Positions 18,944 through 28,767 of a DNA stretch of 64,000 nucleotides are shown piece by piece. A program made the position numbers and the translations under genes. A model generated the notes under the pieces. The model made no database searches. It was not told the origin of the DNA and saw only the letters and a program-made list of their open reading frames with translations. Source of the DNA: Alphaproteobacteria bacterium (GTDB lineage Bacteria; Pseudomonadota; Alphaproteobacteria; UBA11222); NCBI GenBank assembly GCA_038318895.1, contig JBBQCS010000005.1, positions 14,403 through 78,402 of the forward strand. The letters run 5' to 3'. Each line of letters begins with the position of its first letter. The first letter of the stretch is position 1.

Positions 18944-19863
18944 CGGTCATCGGCTCCCTCGCGGCGCATCAGATCGATAAATACATCTTCAAGGCTGGGC
19001 GGCGCCGATGACCAGTGTATACCCGGCTGGTTGCGATAGGGTGCGAGGGCAGCATCCAGCAGCACCCCATCCCGGCCACTGATATGCAGTGCCGCACCAA
19101 AAAAACCGGCGTGATCCACACCCGCTTTGCCGCCAAGCTCCGTGGCCAGACGCCGCACACCTTCACCTTCGACCACCCGGGTAACCAGGTTGGAGGCCGC
19201 GATCACCTCGCTCACCGTGCCGCGCGCGATGATCCTGCCATGGGCGATGTAGACGATGCGGTCGCACCGCTCCGCCTCGTCCATGTAATGGGTGGCGACC
19301 AGTACCGTCAGGCCCGTCTCGCTTAAACGGTGAATTTCTTCCCAGAACTCGCGCCGCGCCTGCGGGTCCACGCCCGCCGTCGGTTCATCCAGCAGCAGCA
19401 GTTTGGGGTCATGCAGGATGCAGGCGGCCAGCGCCATGCGCTGTTTCCAGCCACCCGACAGCGTCCCCGCCAATTGGTGCTGACGATACCCCAGGCCCAG
19501 TGTTTCAATTGTCCGGTCAACGCGCGCCTTGCGTCCCCCCAATCCGTAAAGCCTGGCGACGAACTCCAGATTCTCGCGGATGCTGAGATCCTCCCAATAG
19601 CTGAATTTCTGGGTCATGTAGCCGGTTTCACGTTTAATGGCGGCGCTTTGTGTTCGGAAATCATATCCAAGGCATGCGCCTTCACCGGCATCGGGTTTCA
19701 GCAGACCGCACAGCAGGCGGATGGTCGTTGTCTTGCCGCTGCCATTGGGGCCCAAAAAGCCCCAGACCTCGCCTTTCGGCATTTGCAGGGCGACATCCTT
19801 GACCGCTACCTGTCCGGCAAAGGATTTGCACAGGCCGGTTACGTCTATCGCCAGCTCGCTCAT
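18940..19863 (-). CDS. ABC transporter ATP-binding protein (YbhF-like)
   Basis: GPNGSGKTT, LSGGW, LLLDEPT, THYMDE. Confidence 0.93.
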   Translation of the reverse strand: MSELAIDVTGLCKSFAGQVAVKDVALQMPKGEVWGFLGPNGSGKTTTIRLLCGLLKPDAGEGACLGYDFRTQSAAIKRETGYMTQKFSYWEDLSIRENLEFVARLYGLGGRKARVDRTIETLGLGYRQHQLAGTLSGGWKQRMALAACILHDPKLLLLDEPTAGVDPQARREFWEEIHRLSETGLTVLVATHYMDEAERCDRIVYIAHGRIIARGTVSEVIAASNLVTRVVEGEGVRRLATELGGKAGVDHAGFFGAALHISGRDGVLLDAALAPYRNQPGIHWSSAPPSLEDVFIDLMRREGADDR

Positions 19864-20813
19864 GGCGTCAACCGCACGTTAACAGGAAGGCCGGGACGGA
19901 AATATGATCCGTAAACAGATGGTGTTGCTTCCACCAAAAACAGAAGTTTTTCGCGGTTTCCCACGCTGTAAATGACTGGCGGCGTGAACTCGGCTTCGCT
20001 GGAGATGAAGCTTACCGCCGCGGCAAGTTCATCCGGACATGAATCGCAACTAACCGTCACTGTTTTTCCCGGCTGCAGCGCAGCCAGCGACGTTTCAGGA
20101 ACGAAAAACCGCAGTTTCACATTTTCTGGAGGCAACATGGAGATCACCACGCCGCCTGCGGGGACAAATTCGCCCGCACGGCGCAGTGTGTCCTCTATGA
20201 CGCCCCCCACACGGGCCTTGATGCGCCGCTGATCCAGCCGCCAGCCGGCCTCGGCCAGTTGCGCCCGGCTGGCGGCGACGGCCGCCTGTGCCGCGGCTAT
20301 TTCATCGTCGCGCGCCGGAAGCAGTGCCACGTCGCGCTGGGCCTGCAGCTCGCTTAACCGCGCGGCGGCAGTGGCGCGAATAGCGCGCGCCTCTTCAAAC
20401 CGGCGGCGCGCGCTGGCGTCAGTTTTCGCCAGTTTCATTTGCCTGTCCTGCTCGGAACTGGCGAAACGCAAATTCGCCTCGGCCGCCCGGATCTGTTGAT
20501 CTATCACCGACACTTCCTCGGCGCGCCGGCCCTTGGTCAGGTTTTCCAGCCGCGCTTGGGATTCGGCCAGACGGGCAACCGCCATGTCGCGCCCGGCCTG
20601 TTCACGCGTGTCTTCCAGGGTGAACAACAGATCACCCGGCTCTACGCTTTGGCCGTTCTTCACCGCGGTTTGCGTCAGCCAACCACTGTCCGGTGCTGCA
20701 ACCAGCACATATTCCCCCTCCACATAGCCCTGCCAGGTCTGATCGGCATCGCCGTCGCACCCCGCCAATGCCACACATAAAATCAGTCCACAGATGGAAT
20801 GAAACGCTTTCAT
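19860..20813 (-). CDS. HlyD-family efflux periplasmic adaptor (YbhG-like)
   Basis: Lipobox LAGC, GYVEGE, coiled coil, EAEFTPP; ATG 20813. Confidence 0.88.
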   Translation of the reverse strand: MKAFHSICGLILCVALAGCDGDADQTWQGYVEGEYVLVAAPDSGWLTQTAVKNGQSVEPGDLLFTLEDTREQAGRDMAVARLAESQARLENLTKGRRAEEVSVIDQQIRAAEANLRFASSEQDRQMKLAKTDASARRRFEEARAIRATAAARLSELQAQRDVALLPARDDEIAAAQAAVAASRAQLAEAGWRLDQRRIKARVGGVIEDTLRRAGEFVPAGGVVISMLPPENVKLRFFVPETSLAALQPGKTVTVSCDSCPDELAAAVSFISSEAEFTPPVIYSVGNREKLLFLVEATPSVYGSYFRPGLPVNVRLTP

Positions 20814-21484
20814 GCAATGTCCTTTTGCGGATGCAGGGAAATTCCGGCCAGAAAGACGTCCAGATGCGCGGCGATAAACGCCTCGGCGTCGAATGGCGCC
20901 GGGTCGAACTGCGCAAAGCAGCTTTTCCAGATGGCGGATAGCACGACCGGGGCGATGCATAACTTTGCCGCATGTTCCGTTGCGACCGGACGAAACTCGC
21001 CGCGCGCAACGCCACGTTCGATGATCTGCGCCAGCAGGCCCAATCCCACGTCGATGACTTCGCGGCGATAAAATTCCGTGATTTCGGGAAAGTTGCCGCT
21101 TTCCGAAATAATGATTTTCGGCACAGCGGCAAGCGGCGACGTTAAAATTGCTGCGACTGTGGTGGTCAGAAACAGCCGCAGTAAATCCGCGCTGGGGCCG
21201 TCATGGCGCGCCACCATGGCGCCAACGGATTGCAGATTGGCAGCCATTCCTTCGCGCACCAGCGCACGGAACATGTCCTGCTTGCTGTCGAAATACAGAT
21301 AGACCGTACCCTTGCTGACCCCGGCGCGCGCGGCAATGTCCTCCACCCGTGCGGCGTTGAAACCTTTTTCCGCGAACGAGGCCAGGGCCGCGTTTAGAAT
21401 TTCCTGCGGCCGCGCGTCCTTGCGCCGCCGCCTTTTTGGTGTTGGCTGTGGAGACTTCTGTACACGATCGGGCTTGTAAGGCAT
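20810..21484 (-). CDS. TetR/AcrR family regulator of the ABC efflux operon
   Basis: EILNAALASFAEKGF...IAARAGVSKGTVYLYF. Confidence 0.92.
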   Translation of the reverse strand: MPYKPDRVQKSPQPTPKRRRRKDARPQEILNAALASFAEKGFNAARVEDIAARAGVSKGTVYLYFDSKQDMFRALVREGMAANLQSVGAMVARHDGPSADLLRLFLTTTVAAILTSPLAAVPKIIISESGNFPEITEFYRREVIDVGLGLLAQIIERGVARGEFRPVATEHAAKLCIAPVVLSAIWKSCFAQFDPAPFDAEAFIAAHLDVFLAGISLHPQKDIA

Positions 21485-21502
21485 TGGTTATTAAGCCATT
21501 TA

Positions 21503-21528
21503 TTAGTAACTGACTGGTCAGTTACTAA
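21503..21528. promoter_or_regulatory. Probable TetR operator
   Basis: Perfect 12-bp inverted repeat TTAGTAACTGAC-TG-GTCAGTTACTAA, 19 bp upstream of the tetR start. Confidence 0.75.
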
Positions 21529-21735
21529 ATTGGATCAGATCTGGGTGGCTGTCAAGTGGTGAGAAAAATGGGCAGTTTAGCCTTTAAGAGATGGCTCAAA
21601 GGCGCATCAACGCGAAGCATTCCGCAGGATCAAATACGCAAGTTTTTTTGCGCGAATGTGTCTATGCAAGAAACGCCGGCAGGTCATAAAATCCGGACAC
21701 TGAACGACTGTCTCTAAGCAAATGGCGCCGCACTA

Positions 21736-22584
21736 ATGGAGTTATCGCCGCCAACCCTGTACGCCCTGGTGCTTCTGGCGGCGGTTGCCCATGCGGTGTG
21801 GAATTCGCTGGTCAAGACTTCCAGTGACCGGCTGCTGATGATGGCTGTGATCCGGCTGGTGGGGCTGGTTTTTGGCCTCGCCATACTGCCTTTCGCGCCA
21901 TGGCCGGGACCCGATGTTTGGATATGGCTGGCCTGTGCGGTGGTTGCCCATTACGCCGCCTATGCGCTGCTGATCGAAACCTATCGCATTGGCGATCTCA
22001 GCCTGGTCTATCCTATTATCCGCGGGGCCGCCCCGATCCTGCTGGGGCTGATTGCGTATCTGTTTATTGGTGAACGCCTCAATTCCGGGCAGATGGCGGC
22101 GGTCGCGTTGACGTCATTGGGTATCCTGGTGCTGGTTAGCGGCAGGGGCGGCGATCTGACGGCAATCGGGCTTGCTCTTGCGACAAGTATCGCCATCGCC
22201 ACTTATTCATTGTTCGACGGGATAGGGGTGCGCGCCAGCCCCAGCGTTTTGGGCTTCATGGCCTGGCTGGAAATATTGACGGGTGTTGGCGTGCTCGGCT
22301 TTACTCTGATGCGGCGGCGAAAGGCTATTCTGCCGTTTGTGCAGGCCAGCGGATTTACCGGGGTCTTTGCGGGTGCGCTGTCGATTGGCGGCTATCTCGC
22401 ATTTCTGGCGGCAGCCAAAGTGCTGCCGCTGGCGCCGGTCGCCGCGCTGCGCGAAAGCAGCGTGATTTTTGGCACGGTGATTGGCGCTGTAATGCTTAAA
22501 GAAGGCTTTGGCGCGCGCCGTATCACAGCCGCCATTCTGGTAACCTGCGGCATTGCCGCGCTTGCATTGTCGGGACACAGATGA
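21736..22584 (+). CDS. EamA/DMT family transporter
   Basis: Ten-helix hydrophobic pattern, GDLSLVYPIIRG, AALRESSV. Confidence 0.88.
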   Translation: MELSPPTLYALVLLAAVAHAVWNSLVKTSSDRLLMMAVIRLVGLVFGLAILPFAPWPGPDVWIWLACAVVAHYAAYALLIETYRIGDLSLVYPIIRGAAPILLGLIAYLFIGERLNSGQMAAVALTSLGILVLVSGRGGDLTAIGLALATSIAIATYSLFDGIGVRASPSVLGFMAWLEILTGVGVLGFTLMRRRKAILPFVQASGFTGVFAGALSIGGYLAFLAAAKVLPLAPVAALRESSVIFGTVIGAVMLKEGFGARRITAAILVTCGIAALALSGHR

Positions 22585-22585
22585 A

Positions 22586-23128
22586 ATGAGCGCAACCGTA
22601 ATCGCCGTGGCGGCCAGCGCCAGCCACAGCATGCGCAAACCAGTGCAGGACCGTATCGTGCTGCTGGCTGGGCTGGGGGTTGAAGGCGACGCGCATATGG
22701 GGGAGACGGTCAGGCATCGCTCGCGCGTGGCGATCGACCCGACCGCGCCCAATTTGCGCCAGGTGCACCTGATCCACGCTGAATTACTCGCTGAATTGCG
22801 AGCGGCAGAGTTTGCGATTGCACCCGGTCAGATGGGGGAGAATATCACCACACAGGGCATTGATCTGTTAGGGCTTGCAACCGGCGCGCGGCTGCATATT
22901 GGGCAAACCGTGGTGATCGAAATCACCGGTTTGCGCAACCCGTGTGCCCAGCTTGACGCAATTCAGCCAGGCCTCATGGCGGCGGTGATCGCGCGCAGTC
23001 CGCGCGGCAAGCTTATCCGCAAGGCAGGCGTCATGGGCGTGGTCGTCACCGGCGGTGAAGTACGGCCCGGCGACTCGATACGCGCCGTCATGCCGTCCCC
23101 TCCATACATTCCGCTGGCCCCAGTGTAA
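22586..23128 (+). CDS. MOSC domain-containing protein
   Basis: GVEGDAH, RQVHLI, GENITT, RNPC; ATG 22586. Confidence 0.88.
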   Translation: MSATVIAVAASASHSMRKPVQDRIVLLAGLGVEGDAHMGETVRHRSRVAIDPTAPNLRQVHLIHAELLAELRAAEFAIAPGQMGENITTQGIDLLGLATGARLHIGQTVVIEITGLRNPCAQLDAIQPGLMAAVIARSPRGKLIRKAGVMGVVVTGGEVRPGDSIRAVMPSPPYIPLAPV

Positions 23129-23200
23129 CCTAACGCAGGGCGGTCCCTCAAATGTGATGCGCGACGCCCTGCCCAGGACGGGTAAAAGCGCCAAGCTATG

Positions 23201-23542
23201 TCATAGAGATATCTGGTTTGATCCGAAAACCAGTTCGAGCGACACATTGTCCCCAATGATTTTAATCGCCTTTTTGGCTTTTTTTGACATGGGGATTTTA
23301 CTCTTAATACAATAGGCAATCAGTATTGCGCCTAGGTTAGCAGTAGATATAACTATTTCCCGCTCTTCGTCCCGGTTGTAACTGATAAATCGTAATATAA
23401 TGTTTGGTTTTTCATCTGGATCAATAGATGCGGATATTATTTTTCCCTCCGGAAGCTTTGGTACTGCTGAAGAGTTAAAGAAATTTATCGCGTTCAAGAG
23501 TTCTTCATTTGAAAACACGACCCGGCGCATTTCGGTTGGCAT
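23201..23542 (-). CDS. Hypothetical protein (AT-rich, 113 aa)
   Basis: Clean ORF, AGGAG RBS, protein-like composition; no recognised motif. Confidence 0.7.
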   Translation of the reverse strand: MPTEMRRVVFSNEELLNAINFFNSSAVPKLPEGKIISASIDPDEKPNIILRFISYNRDEEREIVISTANLGAILIAYCIKSKIPMSKKAKKAIKIIGDNVSLELVFGSNQISL

Positions 23543-23793
23543 GCCTGTACTCCTTACTGGTTACTGACGCTGCTTTGGTGTCACAGAATATATCGGCTGG
23601 GCGGTTGTGAGCCAGCGTCTCGTAATTTTGCGTTGTTTTTTGCAGGTATGCATGCTGTTGGAGCGGGTGGACGGAGGATTTCTTCTGACGCGTGTCCGAA
23701 TCATGCCACTGCGACGCAGGGCCGAACGGCAGGCGCAGAGTGTGCGGCGTGACTAATTGCTCTTGCCGGTCACTTTCTCCAGTTGCCGTCTGC

Positions 23794-25116
23794 TTAGGAC
23801 AACATGCCTGACAACAGGGTGGCAATTCCGAGAAAGGAAAAAAATCCGACGATATCCGTCACCGTCGTCAGGATGATGGACGACGCCACCGCCGGGTCCT
23901 GTCCCAACCGTTTCAAGGTAATTGGCACCAAAGCGCCTGCTGTGCCGGCCGCGACCATGGCGATGATCATTGACGACGCGATGACAAATACCAGACCGAT
24001 CTGTCCGCTCCAGAAATAGACGCCGGCGCCGCAGGTAATGGCGATCGCAATGCCGTTCCAGAACCCGGTGTTGACCTCCTTGCGGGTGACTTTCAGCCAT
24101 TGGCTGACCCGGATTTCCCGTAACGCCAGGCCCCGCATGGTGACAGCCAGGGCTTGCGCGCCTGCATTGCCGGATTGCCCCGCCACCACAGGGAGCAATA
24201 CAGCCAATGCAGTGAATTTCGCGATCGTCCCTTCAAACAACCCCACCACCGCGGCCGCCATAAAGGCCGTCAACAGGTTGATCTGCAACCAGGGCATCCG
24301 CTTGCGCAGCGCAAACCAGCTGCTGGAGGTCGCACGCTCGTCTTTGCTGACGCCGACCATTGTTTGCATGTCGAGGGTTGCTGTTTCCTTCAGTGCGCCG
24401 ATCAGCTCCGACTGGCGGATAACCCCAAGCAAAAGCCCCTCGGGATCAATGACCGCCATTTCTTCCAGCCTGTAGCGCTCAAACTTTTCGACAACTTCCT
24501 CTCGGGGGTCCATGGCGTACACGACGGCGGTGACCCCGCCCGCCAGACTGTCCAGTGTCTGGTCCGGTGCTGCCAGCGCAAAATCCCGGATACTTACGAT
24601 GGACTGAAGCTTGTTATTGTCATCAACGATTTTCAGTTCGCTCAGATGAGAGGCGTATGGGTGCGGGCGCAAAATTTCCACCGCCTCGGAAACACGCATG
24701 GCGCCGGACAGTGCAAGAATATGTGTATCCATAAGCCGCCCCGCAGTATCTGGCGGAAAGCTCATCAACATGCGTAATTCAGACGCGTCATGCGCGCCCA
24801 TGCGCGCAAGAATTTCGTCGCATTCCTGCGTCTCTAACCGGCTAAGAAGAATGGCAAGCTTGCCGGTATTCGCAATTCTGGCCAGTTCAGCCGTTATCTC
24901 CGGTGAAAACAGTACAAGAATTTCGGCAGCAATATCATCGCGCAACGCCTCCCACGCGACGATCATTGTTTTTATGGGTAACTCGGACAAAATCCGCGTG
25001 GCCTGCGCGCGATCGACTTCATCAAGTTTTTGCGCGGCAATCTTGGGATAATTGATAAAATAACGCCGTACCAGTGCGGTAAGGACGGCATCATCATCAT
25101 CGTTCTTGGCGGTCAT
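23794..25116 (-). CDS. mgtE: Magnesium transporter MgtE
   Basis: MgtE_N + CBS pair + TM domain: RMPWL, GQSGNAG, DPAVASSIILTTVTD. Confidence 0.9.
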   Translation of the reverse strand: MTAKNDDDDAVLTALVRRYFINYPKIAAQKLDEVDRAQATRILSELPIKTMIVAWEALRDDIAAEILVLFSPEITAELARIANTGKLAILLSRLETQECDEILARMGAHDASELRMLMSFPPDTAGRLMDTHILALSGAMRVSEAVEILRPHPYASHLSELKIVDDNNKLQSIVSIRDFALAAPDQTLDSLAGGVTAVVYAMDPREEVVEKFERYRLEEMAVIDPEGLLLGVIRQSELIGALKETATLDMQTMVGVSKDERATSSSWFALRKRMPWLQINLLTAFMAAAVVGLFEGTIAKFTALAVLLPVVAGQSGNAGAQALAVTMRGLALREIRVSQWLKVTRKEVNTGFWNGIAIAITCGAGVYFWSGQIGLVFVIASSMIIAMVAAGTAGALVPITLKRLGQDPAVASSIILTTVTDIVGFFSFLGIATLLSGMLS

Positions 25117-25117
25117 T

Positions 25118-25960
25118 TCATACCCCGTCCTTTGTGCGCTCTCGTGATCCGGGCGCCAGCGTCGTGATCATGACGTCCGCCAGACCAAGATAGCAGGACG
25201 CCGCCAGATCCAGGAATGTATCCGAGGGGTCGCCCGGTCCATCACTGGATTGAGGCCGGGTAAGCGCGGCTCTCAAATCCACATAACGCAGTACGCCCAG
25301 AAATTTTTCCCGGCGATCAACAACCGGCAGATAATCGGCATCCGCCCAGCGATGATCCTCGAACGCCATGTCCAGCGACGTGATCGCGCTGAGCGCGCCG
25401 GAAAAATTTTCAAGCTGGCTTTTCAATGGCGCTTCATCGTCCGCAACCATCAGGTTGACCAGCCTGACAAAACCTTTCAGCGTCTGATGTTCGTCAACGA
25501 CGTAGACACGGTGAAAATCGGCATAGCTCTCGCTCTTGAGACGGGATTTGGCTTCGCCAATGGTGCAGTTCGACGGCAGGGCCAACACCATTGGCGAGAG
25601 CCAGGCCCCCACCATTGACAAGGAATAGTTCAGGATAATGGAAACCTGGACGGCCTGCAGGCGCGGAAGTTTGTTGAAAATACTTTCTTGCGCAGTTTCC
25701 TGAACAAGCCGCAAAATACCCGCCACTATCCTGGGTTCCAAAAGAGAAAGATATTTTGCTGCCATGACCGGGGACAGCTGAGATACGCATCTCGCGGCGT
25801 GATAGGGAAGCATCGACGCCAAAAGGGATGCGCTTTCCTTGTCCGGCAGGGCGTCAATAAGCGCTGCTGTCTGTTCGGCTGACGCGCCTTCGACTTCTCT
25901 GGCGGCGGCCTCCGGATAGGTCTCAATAAAATGCCGTGCGAGCGCCAGTTTATCCAGCAT
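25118..25960 (-). CDS. Soluble MgtE-intracellular/CBS domain protein
   Basis: Helical MgtE_N-like region plus CBS pair (VYVVDE, LPVVD...GVL); no TM domain; ATG 25960 overlaps the upstream stop. Confidence 0.72.
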   Translation of the reverse strand: MLDKLALARHFIETYPEAAAREVEGASAEQTAALIDALPDKESASLLASMLPYHAARCVSQLSPVMAAKYLSLLEPRIVAGILRLVQETAQESIFNKLPRLQAVQVSIILNYSLSMVGAWLSPMVLALPSNCTIGEAKSRLKSESYADFHRVYVVDEHQTLKGFVRLVNLMVADDEAPLKSQLENFSGALSAITSLDMAFEDHRWADADYLPVVDRREKFLGVLRYVDLRAALTRPQSSDGPGDPSDTFLDLAASCYLGLADVMITTLAPGSRERTKDGV

Positions 25961-26792
25961 TGGCCTTTTCCTTGTGCAGCAGCAGGCTGACTTCCTCACC
26001 GAAAATTTGTGCGGGTACTGTTACGCGTCCTTCATTGGTTTCCAGGACTACGGCGATGGACGTGATTTCCATAATTTTGCCTTCTATTTTACCCACGCGG
26101 ATTGACTCGCCCACGCGATAATCCTTGTTCAGGTAACGCGCGCCGATAAGGTTGCTGACAAATGATTTTGATCCAAGGCTGAAAGCGATCGCAACCCCGC
26201 CCAGCAGCGCGCCCATCGTAATCGCCATGATGGTGATCAGAACGGTGATGTCGATGCCGATCTGATCGACGCCGATCACGATCATCGTAACGATTGTGAA
26301 CACTTGGGCACCGCGCGCCAACAATGTCTGTTGACGCAACGGCATGCTCTGTGCCGCCGTCCCGACGATATCTTTAACGATATTGCCAAAAACCACACCC
26401 GCCAGAATGATAAGCGCCCCCGACAGGAGGTTGGGTAAATGTTCGATGACCCGGTCAAGCCAGCCGGCAAACATGGTCAATCCCAGCAGATCGGTTGCAG
26501 CCGTCAGGAAGAACAGCATCACAAGCCAGAAAACCACGTTGCCGGCGATCACAACCACGGAATCATTTGCCCGTCTGGACGAAACCAGCTTGCCGATTAC
26601 GGGAATGTCCGATAGACGATCAAAACTTTTCGCGATCCGTACCGTTAGCGCCCTGGCAATTCTTGCGATCAACCACCCCAGAATAAGTGTGGCGAAAGCG
26701 CCAAACAACAGCGGAAGATATTCCAGAAAGCTCTGAAGCATATGGGATAACGCCGCTAGAATTGGCGTGCTCCAGTCAAAAACCTTTTCCAT
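25950..26792 (-). CDS. MscS/CmpX-like mechanosensitive channel domain protein
   Basis: TM-helix repeats (YLPLLFGA...GW; HLPNLLSG), GIDIT, YRVGESIRVG..EG.I beta domain. Confidence 0.8.
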   Translation of the reverse strand: MEKVFDWSTPILAALSHMLQSFLEYLPLLFGAFATLILGWLIARIARALTVRIAKSFDRLSDIPVIGKLVSSRRANDSVVVIAGNVVFWLVMLFFLTAATDLLGLTMFAGWLDRVIEHLPNLLSGALIILAGVVFGNIVKDIVGTAAQSMPLRQQTLLARGAQVFTIVTMIVIGVDQIGIDITVLITIMAITMGALLGGVAIAFSLGSKSFVSNLIGARYLNKDYRVGESIRVGKIEGKIMEITSIAVVLETNEGRVTVPAQIFGEEVSLLLHKEKANAG

Positions 26793-26908
26793 CTTTTCCC
26801 CCGTATGTCTGGAGTGTTATCCACCCAGAACTTGATTCATGCCGGCGCCGCGGGGCTATCTATGTGATAGAACCCCGTCGCCGCGTAAGCCGTTGAACCG
26901 CTTACAGA

Positions 26909-28057
26909 TTAGTCTAGCCCGAACAGCTTTTTCGCGTTGCCGCCCAGCACCGCATGTTTGCGGGCCCCGGAAAGTCCGGCCACGCTGTGGCGCACCTGGG
27001 AAACAGCAGCCAGATCGCTGTCGATATGGGGATAGTCCGATCCCCACAGAATGCGGTCCTCGCCCACCAGATCCAGCATCGCGCCGATCGTGCGTTCCTC
27101 CGGTTCGGCAACAAACCAAAGATTACGGCGGAAATAATCACTCGGCAGATCAAGCTTTAGCGGCGCCTGCCATTTGAAGCGCTTATATTTTTCGTCCAGC
27201 CGGTCCATGGCGTAGGCGGCCCAGCCCGCCCCGGCTTCGACACTGGCGACCTTCAGACGCGGGAATTTGTCGAACAGGCCATCCACCACCATGGCGACAA
27301 TGGCGGGCATAAGCTGTGACGTGCCGCCCATCGCGAAGGAGAATGTCAGGTTCAGTTTACCGGGGCTGTACCAGTCGCCGGCAAACCCGGTCACGATACG
27401 CCGTGTACGCACGATCACGTGAGGCAGCAGGGGTACGCCGGCTTCCTCGATGCGCGCCCAGAGCGGATCGAAATGCGGATCGGCGAAACCCTTGCCGTCC
27501 AGCCGTTCGGGCGGCAGAAAGACGCCACGAAACCCCTTGTCCAGGCAACGCTCAAACTCCTTGATGGCATTGGGAATGTCGCGCAGGTTCAGGTGCGATG
27601 CGACGATGATGCGGTTGCGGTCCGCCGCCTGAAAATCATACACCCAGTCATTATAGGCGCGGCAATAGGCGTTCGCCAGCGGGGCGTCGTCCTTGTCCCA
27701 CAGAATGCCGACGGTGGGCAGCACCAGGCCTGCGCTCAATCCCCATTCATCATACAGTTTGATGCGTTCCGGCCCGGACATGCTCGCAGGCGGTGCGCCA
27801 TCCATATAGGTCAGCGTGCCGTGCGGATCGAAAAGCTTTGATGTGTCCATGTCCACGCCGCCAATCGCGGCCAGCCGGTTGGGCATGATTACCTCGCCGT
27901 CGCACCATAACTGGTCAACGCCGCGTTCATTGGGCGTAATGCGAATGGCACGATGCTTGAATTTTGAATCAAGATAATTATCCCACATATCGGGCGGTTC
28001 CAGCACATGGCTGTCCGCGTCGAATAGATACTCATCCTGTTTTTGCGCCAGTGACAT
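26909..28057 (-). CDS. Amidohydrolase family protein (Amidohydro_2)
   Basis: FDADSHVLEP, VEAGAGW, WGSDYPH. Confidence 0.9.
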   Translation of the reverse strand: MSLAQKQDEYLFDADSHVLEPPDMWDNYLDSKFKHRAIRITPNERGVDQLWCDGEVIMPNRLAAIGGVDMDTSKLFDPHGTLTYMDGAPPASMSGPERIKLYDEWGLSAGLVLPTVGILWDKDDAPLANAYCRAYNDWVYDFQAADRNRIIVASHLNLRDIPNAIKEFERCLDKGFRGVFLPPERLDGKGFADPHFDPLWARIEEAGVPLLPHVIVRTRRIVTGFAGDWYSPGKLNLTFSFAMGGTSQLMPAIVAMVVDGLFDKFPRLKVASVEAGAGWAAYAMDRLDEKYKRFKWQAPLKLDLPSDYFRRNLWFVAEPEERTIGAMLDLVGEDRILWGSDYPHIDSDLAAVSQVRHSVAGLSGARKHAVLGGNAKKLFGLD

Positions 28058-28102
28058 GACGGCCTCCCTTTCGGTTTGAGAATATTCTAGAACATATCCT
28101 CA

Positions 28103-28609
28103 CTATTTTTTCACAAAATCATCCGGCCGGAACTTTTTTGCCGCCGCTTCGTCAAAATATCGCATTGCGCCGTCCGCCCACACCCCGATCTTGCCGATCG
28201 TCGGAAAGGTGGAAAAATCGACCTGGGTACGCTCGCCCCCCATAAGATAGACAAGCTCCGTCGTGCCGGTATTGTACAGCTGATGCACGGCGCCATCGGT
28301 TGGAAAACCCACATAGTCGCCGGGTCCAACGGGCGCGCGGGCGCCATTGATTTCAATCTCGCCGCCGCCTTCCAGAATGTAGATATATTCTTCCTGTACG
28401 GTGTGCGCATGCGGAACAAAGCTCTCTTTGCCCGGCGCAATCCGGCCCAGGGTCAGCTGCGCGCGCTGCATCCCCACCCGGTCGGACAGGGGCGTCATCT
28501 TCAGATCGGAATTGGGGTTGAACGGGTGCGCGAACCGAAAACCGTCACTGTCAGAAAGCATGCGTGTGCGCACAATATAGCGCTCAATCGGTTTATTGTT
28601 CTCCGCCAT
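28103..28609 (-). CDS. Cupin domain-containing protein
   Basis: HAHTVQEEYIYILEG, GFP...HQLYN. Confidence 0.88.
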   Translation of the reverse strand: MAENNKPIERYIVRTRMLSDSDGFRFAHPFNPNSDLKMTPLSDRVGMQRAQLTLGRIAPGKESFVPHAHTVQEEYIYILEGGGEIEINGARAPVGPGDYVGFPTDGAVHQLYNTGTTELVYLMGGERTQVDFSTFPTIGKIGVWADGAMRYFDEAAAKKFRPDDFVKK

Positions 28610-28767
28610 GGCAGTACCTCCCTTGCGTTCAGATCCATGCTATCATCTGTGCGACGTCATTTCCATGACTGGACACCCACGCACCCGGCCCGTAACGTCT
28701 GATCAAAGTAATTGCGCGGATTTCCGGCGCCTGTAATTTAGCGGTCTACTGGATAAGGAGAATCGTT

